From NCBI GenBank assembly GCA_045803545.1, contig JBJMOW010000004.1:832001-896000 (forward strand): a stretch of 64,000 bases of DNA, read 5' to 3'. This DNA is from Gemmatimonadaceae bacterium. GTDB lineage: Bacteria > Gemmatimonadota > Gemmatimonadetes > Gemmatimonadales > Gemmatimonadaceae. The position numbers and the translations under genes are program-made. Every line of letters begins with the position of its first letter. Position 1 is the first letter of the stretch. Positions 9,651 to 19,370 of the stretch are shown here, piece after piece. The notes below the pieces were generated by a model. The model was given only the letters and a program-made list of their open reading frames with translations, made no database searches and had not been told where the DNA came from.

Positions 9651-10735
9651 CTCGGCAGCGGACGTTGACTCTTCACCTAGGCTTGCTCGCGTTGCTGTCA
9701 GTTTCTGCTGTCGGCAGCGCACAGTCGTCCGCCGAGGTAGCATCCTCGCGTTACTCCGTCGACGGCATGCATTCCACCGTCGGCTTTGCGACTACACTCC
9801 TACGCGCGGTAAAAGTGCGCGGTCGCTTCGACGATTACGATGCGACGATCATCTATGACGAGAAGCATCCCGAGCGGTCATCGGTTTCGGCGATCATCCA
9901 GGCGAAAAGCATCAATACGAACATGGGATTCCGCGACGACCATTTGCGCAGTCCCGACTTCTTCGACGTCACGACGTATCCGACGATAGAGTTCGTCAGC
10001 GATCGGGTGGTGCCGCGCCAGGGCGGAGCGACGGTATCAGGCATGCTGACGATGCACGGCGTAACTCGCCGCATCACTTTTCCGGTGCAGCTCGCCCTCG
10101 CGCCATACCGGATTGGGAGCACAAGAGGCGTAGCATTCACCGCCAATCTTCGTTTGAGCAGGAAGGATTTCGGAATTGCGGGGACGAACAAGTTCAACCC
10201 GGACTACAATCCGCTGACCAACATGCTGTCGGATAACGTCGACATCATTCTCGAGCTCGACGCCATTCGCGACGGCTTCGCAACGCGCAGGCTTGGCGAC
10301 GGCACGCCGCCGAGTGTCGCCGACACCATTAACAAAACGCTTCAGGCGCACGGCATCGACGCGGCAATCCGCACGTACCACTCTCTCCGCGCAACGGCAC
10401 CCGCGAGCTTCAATTTCGGCGCATGGGAGCTCGATCTTCTCGGCCGTAAGCTTTCTGAGTGCGGTGATTTACCCGACGCACTGGAGATTCTTAAGACCAA
10501 CGCCAGCCAGTTCGCCGATTCCGCCGGCGTCCTGGAAAGTCTCGCCGAAACGCAGTCCTTGTCGGATGACCGTGCGGGGGCAATCGAGACCTATAAACGC
10601 GTGCTCGCTAAATTCCCGAACAACGTGAACGCCCGCGAGATGCTCAGACATCTCGAACGTGTATCGTCGAACACTGCAACGGCCGTGACTGGCGCGCACC
10701 CAGGTCGCAGACCCACCGCGCCTGGATGCAGTTAG
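9647..10735 (+). CDS. Exported YceI-family (polyisoprenoid-binding) protein with C-terminal TPR module
   Basis: 'D..HSTVGF', 'SINT...RDDHLRSPDFFDV..YPTIEF', 'LTMHGVTR', 'SRKDFGI'; ATGA overlap with the DUF2911 stop. Confidence 0.9.
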   Translation: MTRQRTLTLHLGLLALLSVSAVGSAQSSAEVASSRYSVDGMHSTVGFATTLLRAVKVRGRFDDYDATIIYDEKHPERSSVSAIIQAKSINTNMGFRDDHLRSPDFFDVTTYPTIEFVSDRVVPRQGGATVSGMLTMHGVTRRITFPVQLALAPYRIGSTRGVAFTANLRLSRKDFGIAGTNKFNPDYNPLTNMLSDNVDIILELDAIRDGFATRRLGDGTPPSVADTINKTLQAHGIDAAIRTYHSLRATAPASFNFGAWELDLLGRKLSECGDLPDALEILKTNASQFADSAGVLESLAETQSLSDDRAGAIETYKRVLAKFPNNVNAREMLRHLERVSSNTATAVTGAHPGRRPTAPGCS

Positions 10736-10802
10736 GCCTCCAGTTCACGAGCGCTGATCATCGCCATTCCTCCGATCAAACAAGCGTCCGTGGCTGTCAC
10801 CT

Positions 10803-11756
10803 TCATTTCATGTACGGCGGAACATTGCCCGCGATTACCTCGAACTCGTGATCCGATAGCGGCACCTTTCGGAACGAGGACCACGTTGCGAGAGGCGAAT
10901 TTCCGTTCACGGCGCCGTCCGAACCGAACAGAATGCGTTCGACCCCCAACTGCCGAATGCGCGCCGCGACTCTGGCTGCGCGCGCCGGATCAGCCATGCC
11001 ACCGATCCCCGACATGTCGAAGTAGACACTCTTCACTCGCGGATCCTTGTCGGCGATCGCTTTCGCGAACACGTCGAGCACCTCACCTGTACCAGGGTCG
11101 TCGAAGTCGCCCGAGCTGGCGAGATGCGCGATCTGAATCGGCACATCGGGGGCGACAGGTAAGACATCGTTCAGGAACGCGAGGCCGAACGCCGTCCCGT
11201 ATGGCCGCTTCATCGTGACCGACGCATGCAGATGAACGACGATCGCCATATGATGACGATTGGCGGCGCGAAAAACCTGTCTCACTTTCTCGAGCTGCTC
11301 CGGATCGCCGAGCTGAACGTCGGAATTGCCGAAGTGAAGCTTCAGCCCGCGCCGCAGACGCTGGTCGGCCGCGCAGCGCTCTATCTCCGGCAACGCGTAG
11401 TCGCGCAGCGGATTGACGCTGCAGATCGCTCGCAGCCGATCGGGATATAGATCCGCCTGATCCGCCGTCCAATCATTCTCAGCCTTGACCCGCGCGTACT
11501 CGTTGGCAACGGGTGGACGATTCGGGTTGGAGAACATGTAGGCGACCGACAGCAACAGCGCCGAGTGAATCTTCGCGGAATCGAGGAACGCGATGAGGTC
11601 GCGCGCGGTGACGCGCCGCACTGTTGGCGTGAGCTCCTGTGTCCCAGGCCCGAATAGGTGCTGGTGGAAATCCACCACGGGGCGCAGCGGCGCGTGGGCG
11701 CACGCCGTCGTGATCGCGCAAAACGCTGAGGCAAAGAGGAGCTGCTTCAAAGCCAA
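10803..11756 (-). CDS. Amidohydrolase-2 family protein (putative lipoprotein)
   Basis: DFHQH metal motif, GLKLH, IAH, ILFGSD. Confidence 0.85.
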   Translation of the reverse strand: MALKQLLFASAFCAITTACAHAPLRPVVDFHQHLFGPGTQELTPTVRRVTARDLIAFLDSAKIHSALLLSVAYMFSNPNRPPVANEYARVKAENDWTADQADLYPDRLRAICSVNPLRDYALPEIERCAADQRLRRGLKLHFGNSDVQLGDPEQLEKVRQVFRAANRHHMAIVVHLHASVTMKRPYGTAFGLAFLNDVLPVAPDVPIQIAHLASSGDFDDPGTGEVLDVFAKAIADKDPRVKSVYFDMSGIGGMADPARAARVAARIRQLGVERILFGSDGAVNGNSPLATWSSFRKVPLSDHEFEVIAGNVPPYMK

Positions 11757-11761
11757 ATCTT

Positions 11762-12679
11762 TTATGGAGCCTCGGGATTTGACGGACGCTTCATACCATT
11801 CAAACCAGTCCGTGCCACGAGTTGTTGATACGTCACCAGCCGGATCTTGCCTGACCGCACCAGCTCAGCGAGCTCCGGCGACAGCAGGGTCTGCAATTCT
11901 GCATTCCGATGCGCAACCACGCCGGCATCCGGGGCGTTCTGTCCCTCAGCGTTCATGTCGTAGATCGCTTCCATCTCCGGTGTCCGTTCCGCGACGTGCA
12001 CCTCGATCAGGTTCACGCTGTCGCGCGGCGCCTTCACCAAATGCTCGAGCAGCGTTGATTTCTTCGCGCCGGGCGCGACACCCCAGATGGTGTAGTACGA
12101 TTCACCGAAATAGGTCGAGATCCCCAGGCCGTACTTTTTCGCCACGCGCTCCATGACCTCACGCAGCTGCGGGTTTGCCCACGCCATTCCCATGTGCGCA
12201 TCGACAAAAGTGATCTTGAGGCCGGATCGCAGCGCACGCTCCACCTGTGCGCTCAGCTCGCGCTCGACATCGGCGAGGTCGTACTTGCTTGCCAGGAATG
12301 CCGTGGTGGACGGCAGGAAATAACCGACGCTGTCGACTAGCGACGGCACTCCGCCCTTACCAAGTACCGGACCCCAGCGGTAACCGCGCCACTCGGAATT
12401 CAGCGCGAGGTGAACGCCGACGGTGACCTGCGGATACTTCTTGAGGATGTCGACCGCTTCCTGGTACCAGGGGCAGACGAAGAGCACGGTGGCGGAGAAC
12501 GGCATTCCTGTCTTCGCGACTTGCTCCAGGGCGAGGTTCACCGAGTGATTCATCCCGATGTCATCGAGGCGAAAGAGCACCTCGGGTGCGTCGGCTCGCT
12601 GCGCGTGAAGAGGGAGCGGTGCACCGGAGATCGCGGTGGTGGTGAGGATTGTGGTACAAAGGAGTCGAAGGCGGGTCAT
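11762..12679 (-). CDS. ChbG/YdjC-family carbohydrate deacetylase, exported
   Basis: 'RLDDIGMNHSVN', 'VGVHLAL.SEW', 'DAHM'; signal peptide. Confidence 0.88.
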   Translation of the reverse strand: MTRLRLLCTTILTTTAISGAPLPLHAQRADAPEVLFRLDDIGMNHSVNLALEQVAKTGMPFSATVLFVCPWYQEAVDILKKYPQVTVGVHLALNSEWRGYRWGPVLGKGGVPSLVDSVGYFLPSTTAFLASKYDLADVERELSAQVERALRSGLKITFVDAHMGMAWANPQLREVMERVAKKYGLGISTYFGESYYTIWGVAPGAKKSTLLEHLVKAPRDSVNLIEVHVAERTPEMEAIYDMNAEGQNAPDAGVVAHRNAELQTLLSPELAELVRSGKIRLVTYQQLVARTGLNGMKRPSNPEAP

Positions 12680-12717
12680 TGGCAAACTCGAATGATCTGT
12701 GGATTAATGAGCCGTGA

Positions 12718-13956
12718 CTACGACACTACTTCCTCGACCCGTCTCGTTCCCGCAGCCGCGGCGTCTTCCTCTCGGCGCGATGGGAAAGAAAACGCGAACA
12801 CTGTTTCTCCGGTGTCGGGAAACTCTGCCCAGGCCTCGCCTCCAAATGATTCGGCGGTCTCCCGCACGATGCTCAAACCCAGACCGGTTCCCTCAGCCTC
12901 GGTGATAGTTTCGGAATGCGCGCGATAAAATCGATCGAACAGTTTTTCTCTCGCTCCCTTGGGCACACCAAGTCCGTTGTCTCGAACGCGGACAATGAGC
13001 TTGCCACCGTCGGCCCGCAGCTGGAATGATCCCTCAACGCGCACCCACCGATGCGACTTCGCGGGGTCTGAGTATTTGATGGCGTTCGACAGGTAGTTCA
13101 CTAAACACAGCTCCACCGCGGCGGCGTCGACTTCTACCGGAGGAAGATCGTCATCGATCGCAATCTCGACGCCCTTGGCGTCCGCGGGTTTGCGGAGCTG
13201 GCGCGCAGCTTCGGCCGTGGCCTGGGGAAGTAGCACGTTACGACTGAGCCTCGAATCGGTTTCCAGACGAGAAAGCGATTCGAGATTGCGCAGGGTTCGC
13301 TCCAGCTCCTCGGAATTCTCGAGAATCATGTTCTGAAAGCGGACGCGCTCGGTCTGGTCGAGCCAATCTTCTCTGAGGAGGTTGGCCGCTCCGCGTATCG
13401 CGCCGACACGGTTCTTCAGCTCGTGCGAGACCATGCGATTGAATCTCCGCAAACGTGTTTCTCTTTCATTTACACGCTGCGCCGAGAGACGCAGAAAATG
13501 GGTCATCGTCGCCTGTCTGATCAGCTCGATCGCGTGACCGATGCGATGCCAGCAGACGAGGAAATCATGTGACTGAACTGGAGCCGATTCTGCGACTGCC
13601 ATCCGCTCGACAAACGCGAAAAGGATTCCGCCGAGGATCTCCAGCTCTTTCAGAATTTCGTAAGCGTCGAAACCCTGACTGTGACGCAGTGCTCCAAGCT
13701 CCATCGCTTTGGCAGCAACGGGTAGCTCAGCGTCGAGCTCCACATGCGGGGACTCGACATAATCCGCGATGCCATCGATTAGAATCGGAACGTGGTTCAG
13801 CAACTCTTCGGTCGGAAAAATCCGATGCGGAGAAACCGCCACGCGTGCGCTGATTCTTTCGAGCCAGAGTCTGACGAGGTCAGTGCTCGATTCGCGGAGC
13901 GCGGCCGCGATCAATGCACCGATCTTATCGGGATAGTCGTAACCGTTATCGCCCAT
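12718..13956 (-). CDS. Cytoplasmic sensor histidine kinase with RsbRD-N-like helical input domain
   Basis: SHELKN H-box, NYLSNAIKY, DNGLG, FYR, GTGLGL; no TM segment; 'LGALRHSQGF' N-domain. Confidence 0.88.
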   Translation of the reverse strand: MGDNGYDYPDKIGALIAAALRESSTDLVRLWLERISARVAVSPHRIFPTEELLNHVPILIDGIADYVESPHVELDAELPVAAKAMELGALRHSQGFDAYEILKELEILGGILFAFVERMAVAESAPVQSHDFLVCWHRIGHAIELIRQATMTHFLRLSAQRVNERETRLRRFNRMVSHELKNRVGAIRGAANLLREDWLDQTERVRFQNMILENSEELERTLRNLESLSRLETDSRLSRNVLLPQATAEAARQLRKPADAKGVEIAIDDDLPPVEVDAAAVELCLVNYLSNAIKYSDPAKSHRWVRVEGSFQLRADGGKLIVRVRDNGLGVPKGAREKLFDRFYRAHSETITEAEGTGLGLSIVRETAESFGGEAWAEFPDTGETVFAFSFPSRREEDAAAAGTRRVEEVVS

Positions 13957-14064
13957 GCCCCAATGTGTGGCGTGTTATTCAGTATTACTAGTCCGTTCAG
14001 CATGGGCGACACCTGCTTTCAGCACTGCCGCTGTTGGCGGGAGCGGAAGTGCTGATCCTTCCGA

Positions 14065-14877
14065 TCAGAACGAGACCGGAATCCGGAACGTTGCGATCGG
14101 TATTTGCACGCCGGCGACCCTGTCCTTGATAATCGCCCGATCAACCCGGTTGTCAGGATGCTCGTGGGTATACCGTATCACCTTGATTCCGGCAAACGTT
14201 CCGATCGCCGCGCCAAGTACGACATCGCTCGCCCAGTGCTTGTCGTGGTACATCCGCGACAGGCCGACCAGTGTCGCACCTCCATACATCGCGGGACCAA
14301 CGAGCCAGGTGTGACCCGGCCAGATAATGCGGGCTTCGCTCGTCACCGCCGAGGCCGCGGCAAACGCGGTCGTCGTGTGTCCGGACGGGAACGACTGCCG
14401 GTCGCCATTCCCGAGTCCGCCCAGTAGCTGGAAATCCGCCGGGCTGGTGTCCTTCGATACGTAAGGTCGGGCCCGTCCGGCAAGGCTTTTCAGAATCCAC
14501 GTCGTACTGCCCGCCAGGATCACTGATTCGGTGCCGTGCCACCCAAGAGCCTGGATGTCGGGTTTGTGGGCGGCACGTCCGTAAGTGTAGAGAACGGCAC
14601 CGATCACGAGCGATCCGGGGTCGGTGATCAGCTCGACTCCCGTCGCCGCTCGACTGAGGAATTTGTTGGTTTGGGAGACCCTGTTGGTCAGTATCCGCGC
14701 CAGGGACTTGTCCAGTGGAAACATCGCTACGGTGAGACCAGCGAAGCCGGCGGCCAGTATCGCGTCGTTGCGGGTGAAAAGTCCGGGAGTGGATGTTGAC
14801 GCGGTTTGCGCGCACAGTGCAGCGGAGTCGATCGTTAACGCCGCGAGTGCGGCGAGCAAGAGAAATCGTGGTCGCAT
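14065..14877 (-). CDS. PAP2-family phosphatase
   Basis: K...GRARP, SFPSGH and SRMYHDKHWASDV motifs; ATG at 14877. Confidence 0.92.
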   Translation of the reverse strand: MRPRFLLLAALAALTIDSAALCAQTASTSTPGLFTRNDAILAAGFAGLTVAMFPLDKSLARILTNRVSQTNKFLSRAATGVELITDPGSLVIGAVLYTYGRAAHKPDIQALGWHGTESVILAGSTTWILKSLAGRARPYVSKDTSPADFQLLGGLGNGDRQSFPSGHTTTAFAAASAVTSEARIIWPGHTWLVGPAMYGGATLVGLSRMYHDKHWASDVVLGAAIGTFAGIKVIRYTHEHPDNRVDRAIIKDRVAGVQIPIATFRIPVSF

Positions 14878-15021
14878 AAGTGTTAGGCTTTGCAGGGTCC
14901 GCGCCGCTGTGCTTGATTCCCGTGCTTCGACCCATGGACCAAGCATTCTGATCACAGAAGAGTCGGCGAAGGTCAGTCGCGGCGCATGCCTTGCGGCAGC
15001 TATGAGCAACGCGGAGAGCAA

Positions 15022-15951
15022 ATGAAACGCGGCAATATCGTAGAGCAAAAAGTTACCTCGCTGACAGCGATCGCACTTCTGTGCTTCGCCAGCACTGCGC
15101 CGATTGCGCGCGCGCAGATCGGCGGTGCGCCAACCGGCAACTGGATGGCGATCGAACAAATCCTTGGCAGAAAGGGGGCTGCAAACCCCGGCGGAGTAGT
15201 CAGGTTCGGCTTTCCTCGCAGCGATCTCACCGTCCGACTCGACGGTGTCGATATCAAGCCGGCGCTCGCATTGGGTGGATGGACCGCTTTCGTCGCCGAC
15301 GGTCGCAAGCACGTGATCGTCATGGGCGATCTCGTACTTCTCGAGGACGAAGTCGCTCCAGTGATAAGCGCGTTACAGGCAGGAGGAGTGGAACAGACGG
15401 CAGTGCACAATCATCTGCTCAGAGAGCAGCCGCACGTCGTCTACATCCATATCCATGCCCACGGCGACGCCGAGTCGATCGCGCGAACGATCCATGCTGC
15501 ACTGGCGCAAACGAAGACGCCGCTCAGCGCGCCGGCCGCGAGCGCGCCTGCAGCGACGCCAGATCTCGATACGGTCACCATCGCGCGGACGCTTCGCGCT
15601 TCCGGCAAATGGAATGGCGGCGTTTATCAGGTAAGCGTTCCGCGACAGGAAAGGATCACCGCCGATGGCATCGTGGTGCCACCGTCGATGGGTGTGGCGA
15701 CCGCCATCAACTTCCAGCCGACCGGCAGCGGAAAGGCCGCGATAACAGGCGACTTCGTCCTCCGCGAGGGCGAGGTGAATCCGGTGATTCGCGCGCTGCG
15801 CGATAACGGTATCGAAGTCACAGCGCTGCATACGCATATGCTCATGGAACAGCCAAAGCTTTTCTTCATGCACTTCTGGGCGAACAACGACGCCGTCAAG
15901 CTCGCCCGCGGCCTCGCCTCGGCGCTCGAGCGAACAGCATCGAAGCGATAG
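15022..15951 (+). CDS. DUF1259 (LppY/LpqO-like) tandem-domain exported protein
   Basis: Two repeats: 'GDLVLLEDEV..V...TAVHNHLL.EQP' and 'GDFVLREGEV...TALHTHML.EQP..FMHFW'. Confidence 0.9.
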   Translation: MKRGNIVEQKVTSLTAIALLCFASTAPIARAQIGGAPTGNWMAIEQILGRKGAANPGGVVRFGFPRSDLTVRLDGVDIKPALALGGWTAFVADGRKHVIVMGDLVLLEDEVAPVISALQAGGVEQTAVHNHLLREQPHVVYIHIHAHGDAESIARTIHAALAQTKTPLSAPAASAPAATPDLDTVTIARTLRASGKWNGGVYQVSVPRQERITADGIVVPPSMGVATAINFQPTGSGKAAITGDFVLREGEVNPVIRALRDNGIEVTALHTHMLMEQPKLFFMHFWANNDAVKLARGLASALERTASKR

Positions 15952-15983
15952 CCATGTCGGGAGACGGACGGCTGCGTCTTCCC

Positions 15984-16379
15984 CTAGCCTGCAGGCTCGA
16001 ACAGCTCTACTGAATTCCCATCGGGATCTTCTAATTGGATCTGCCTGCCAGCGGGTCCTGTCTCCATATCATTACGGAATCCCACGCCTGCCTTCCTCAG
16101 CTTGTCTATCCACGCCGGAAGATCTGTCACACTCAGAACTATCCGGTTCCACCCACCCGGCTCCTGCGACTGTCCGTCCGGCAGCGCACGCGACCCTGAT
16201 GCACCCGGGCCGCTGAGAAGCAGGTTGAGCGCGCCGAGCGAAAGCGTGGCGAATGCCGGTGGCTTCTGATGCAGTACTTTGAAGCCGAGATGCTGGGAAT
16301 AAAAAGAAATGGAGCGGCGCAGATCCTTGACCTGATAACGAACACCGTGAAAACCGATTGCGGCTGACCCATTGTTCAT
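15984..16379 (-). CDS. VOC/glyoxalase family protein
   Basis: 'VRYQVKDL.RSISFY..HLGF' and 'EDPDGNSVELFE'. Confidence 0.9.
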   Translation of the reverse strand: MNNGSAAIGFHGVRYQVKDLRRSISFYSQHLGFKVLHQKPPAFATLSLGALNLLLSGPGASGSRALPDGQSQEPGGWNRIVLSVTDLPAWIDKLRKAGVGFRNDMETGPAGRQIQLEDPDGNSVELFEPAG

Positions 16380-16381
16380 TT

Positions 16382-16852
16382 ATGAGACCCCTCTTGTTTA
16401 AATATTCCGCGCCAGCGCTTGTGACCTTTCTTTCCCTGCTAGCCGCATGCACGGAAAGAGCCGCTGAGTCGCATTACACACCGCGAACGCGCAATGTCAC
16501 CATAACCGCAGTGCCCCTGTTGACCAAAGAGCTGACGCCGGTTTACCCGTTCCTCACCTCAGACTTTCGCAAAGGTGGCGTACTCGATGGCAAAGAGGTT
16601 TACGCTTTCGTTCCGGACAATGTGACGGTGTTCGAGGGCGATACCGTCCACTTTACTCTCATCAATCCGGAGGACGACGCGCATTCCTTCGTTATCCCTG
16701 GCGTCGCAGTGTCGATGCCGCCGCAATCGACTGTCAGTGCTACCTACATCGCCAACAAGGCCGGCGTGTTCGAATACGTGTGCGACGTTCCGTCCCACAA
16801 GCCAATGATGTACGGCGAGCTCGTTGTGCTGCCAGCTATCGAGCTGAGATGA
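16382..16852 (+). CDS. Cupredoxin-domain lipoprotein
   Basis: Lipobox LAAC; HSF and YVCDVPSH..MM copper ligands. Confidence 0.85.
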   Translation: MRPLLFKYSAPALVTFLSLLAACTERAAESHYTPRTRNVTITAVPLLTKELTPVYPFLTSDFRKGGVLDGKEVYAFVPDNVTVFEGDTVHFTLINPEDDAHSFVIPGVAVSMPPQSTVSATYIANKAGVFEYVCDVPSHKPMMYGELVVLPAIELR

Positions 16853-17744
16853 AGAACTCCCACATCAATCGCGTAGCGTCGATACTCCGGGTCGTGCGAC
16901 CGACAAACCATTCGGGCAGTTCCATTCCGCCGGGCCAGGTGTGCCCGCCGCCGCGAATTGTGTAGAGCACCACTGGCGCGCCGTCAGCGCACCGGGCGTA
17001 GGTGCGACGAACTACATCGGCCGCGATCGATGAATCGACGGGCGGAGTTCGGCAGTGGTTCCGCCTTGCCCAATTCGCCGTCCACCTCGGCACGTTCGGA
17101 AACGGCCTCGGCGATAACCACGACGGACCGCCGTTGTACGGAGTGTGCGCGTCTGCCGTTCCATGGAATGCGATCATCGGCATCGGTCGTTGATCGGCGC
17201 ACCAGCGCCACGCCAGCGTTTGCGCGCCGGCGACCACTCCAATCGCCGCGATACGACTGGAAAGCGTGCATGAAAGCGCGAACGACATCCCGCCGCCATT
17301 GGAAAGTCCGTTGGCATAAATGCGCGACGAGTCGACGTTGTAGTGCGCGCTCAGGGTATCGATCAGCGCCGAGATGAATTTCACATCCTTTGCCAAATCA
17401 TCACCCGGCTCCGCACGCCAGATTCGGACTCCCTTGCCGCCGACGCCTGACGGATAAACGACGATGAATCCTTTCGCATCGGCGAGCTCGTTCCATCGGC
17501 TGATGTCCCGCTGCGATGCGCCCCAAAGACCAGCACCGTGCATGCTGATCACGAGAGGTGTAGGACGAGTACGGTCATAACTCTTCGGCACGTAGAGCAG
17601 GTACTCCCGCTTTTCGCCTGAGGACACGAAGGAGCCGTTGTCACGATTTGCGGAGTAGAACGAGACGGCTTCGATCGGGACGATTGCTGCCGGCAAGCCA
17701 ACGAGTGCCAGCGCGGCGCCGAGGAAAACTCTGCGGTCCTTCAT
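16836..17744 (-). CDS. PHB-depolymerase/LpqC-type esterase with N-terminal anchor
   Basis: GLSNGG nucleophile, HGTAD, GGHTWPG; ATGA coupling to the upstream permease. Confidence 0.9.
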   Translation of the reverse strand: MKDRRVFLGAALALVGLPAAIVPIEAVSFYSANRDNGSFVSSGEKREYLLYVPKSYDRTRPTPLVISMHGAGLWGASQRDISRWNELADAKGFIVVYPSGVGGKGVRIWRAEPGDDLAKDVKFISALIDTLSAHYNVDSSRIYANGLSNGGGMSFALSCTLSSRIAAIGVVAGAQTLAWRWCADQRPMPMIAFHGTADAHTPYNGGPSWLSPRPFPNVPRWTANWARRNHCRTPPVDSSIAADVVRRTYARCADGAPVVLYTIRGGGHTWPGGMELPEWFVGRTTRSIDATRLMWEFFISAR

Positions 17745-19366
17745 CGATGTCGGTTCCACGCCAGCGCCATCGGTGCCGCCGAGAGCCGTGCGATCGGGAT
17801 CGTAAGAATCGCGATCAACATCAGCAGGTAGTGCGGGATGTGTGGCGCATCGAGCAGCCACGCCAGCACTCCATACAGGACGAGCACCGCAACGCACCAC
17901 ACCGCCGCGCCACCGACCAGCGCGCGATCGTTAAGCAGCCTCTCTCGAAAGAGTCGCTGTCCGATCCAGACAACTGCGGTCATCTTCAGTGCTGCGAGAA
18001 TGCTGAAGACGAGTGGCAGTGCGCTCCAGACTTCGCCGAATCGATGGCTGTCGGCAATCCATTGGGAGAAAGGCCCGAAGAGAAAGAAGAAGCCGATCGC
18101 CAGAAACACGCTCGCCTTGATCAGCGATGCGCGACCGGTGAGGCCGATGTACAGGCTCTGAACGAGTTGGGTCCACGTGGCGGCGACGCATCCGGTCAGG
18201 ATCAAAAGCGAAAGCACGACCGCGCGCGCCATACCAAGGAACTCGCTGTCGCGACCCCAGGCGGATATCACTAGCCCGGATGTCCCCGAGAGCTTGAGCG
18301 CGATTGGCGCGCAAAGGAGGACGATCACCCAAGCGAGCAGAGTGCTCCGCATCGCCATCTTCAGCTTTGCCGCAACGAGCTCGGCGTTGGTCATCGGGCG
18401 CGTGGCGACGAACGCAGCGCTCGCAGAGGATCCGCCTGCGTCCGAGCTGGACGTGCTCACCGCTGCCGCGGCAAACGTTGCCACGAACGGCGGAGTCAAC
18501 AAGACGCCGAGCAGGATGGTAAACGCGAGCGACGCGGAATCACCCGCGCCCCAAAGCAGCACCAGCTCGAATGGCAGCAGGATCGCAACCCAGGTAGGAA
18601 GCGACCAGCCGTGTCTTCGCCAATCGAACCACACTTGCGCGGCGGCGGGCGATGTGAAATTCCGTTCGCGCCTGGAATCTCCGATGCGCGGGAGTGAGAA
18701 AGCGCCGCGCCATTCGGGGACCTCACCGTGTCTTGCGCGCGAGACTGCGTAGCGGGCCACGATGTACGCCACCGGAATCTGCGGCGCAAGAATTCCGATC
18801 ATCGTCCACTCGCCGGCGTTGAAATGCAGCGCCATCAACGCAGTCGTGTCGATTATGCCCAGCCATAGTACTGCCGCGACGATCCGCAGGCCCGGGAGCG
18901 GATACGGCATCCACGTCAGCGCCTGCGTCCAGGCGAGCAGCGACGTTGCGAGAAACGCCGGCCACACCCATGGAATTACGAATCCAGCCGGCCACATCGC
19001 GAACGTACGTAACGCCAGCCACAGCATCGTCATTGCCGCCGCGCCATAAAGCATCGGCCACAAGGTCAGCGCGGTCGACGTCACGGGGAGCGTGAATCGT
19101 CGAGACGGATACATCGATTGTCGCGCGGCGAGGTCGCCGTCGAGTCCAAACGTGAACACCGCCAGGAAATACGTGGCCGTCGACGCCAGTGGTACCATCA
19201 CCATGAACGCAAAGCTTTCGGGGCTATCGACGTGGAGTGGGGCGCCGCCTGCGATTACCGCGAGCTTGACCGCCGCCAGAACTACCAGGTAGACGATGAC
19301 GCCCAGCATTCCCCAACGATGCCGCGCGCGAAATTCCCGGGCGATTGCCGCGGCCGGCGACTGCAT
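17741..19366 (-). CDS. Large multi-TM ABC exporter permease
   Basis: More than 10 hydrophobic helices in two halves ('TLPVTS..L', 'TRPMTNAELVAAKLK'); follows the ABC ATPase. Confidence 0.8.
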   Translation of the reverse strand: MQSPAAAIAREFRARHRWGMLGVIVYLVVLAAVKLAVIAGGAPLHVDSPESFAFMVMVPLASTATYFLAVFTFGLDGDLAARQSMYPSRRFTLPVTSTALTLWPMLYGAAAMTMLWLALRTFAMWPAGFVIPWVWPAFLATSLLAWTQALTWMPYPLPGLRIVAAVLWLGIIDTTALMALHFNAGEWTMIGILAPQIPVAYIVARYAVSRARHGEVPEWRGAFSLPRIGDSRRERNFTSPAAAQVWFDWRRHGWSLPTWVAILLPFELVLLWGAGDSASLAFTILLGVLLTPPFVATFAAAAVSTSSSDAGGSSASAAFVATRPMTNAELVAAKLKMAMRSTLLAWVIVLLCAPIALKLSGTSGLVISAWGRDSEFLGMARAVVLSLLILTGCVAATWTQLVQSLYIGLTGRASLIKASVFLAIGFFFLFGPFSQWIADSHRFGEVWSALPLVFSILAALKMTAVVWIGQRLFRERLLNDRALVGGAAVWCVAVLVLYGVLAWLLDAPHIPHYLLMLIAILTIPIARLSAAPMALAWNRHR

Positions 19367-19370
19367 CGGC

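Noticed and set aside
14878..15312. N-terminal extensions in the ORF track (14065-15312, 41698-44670, 9320-10735, 16836-17900)
   Set aside because: The extensions overlap neighbouring genes; internal ATGs give proper signal peptides or ATGA coupling.
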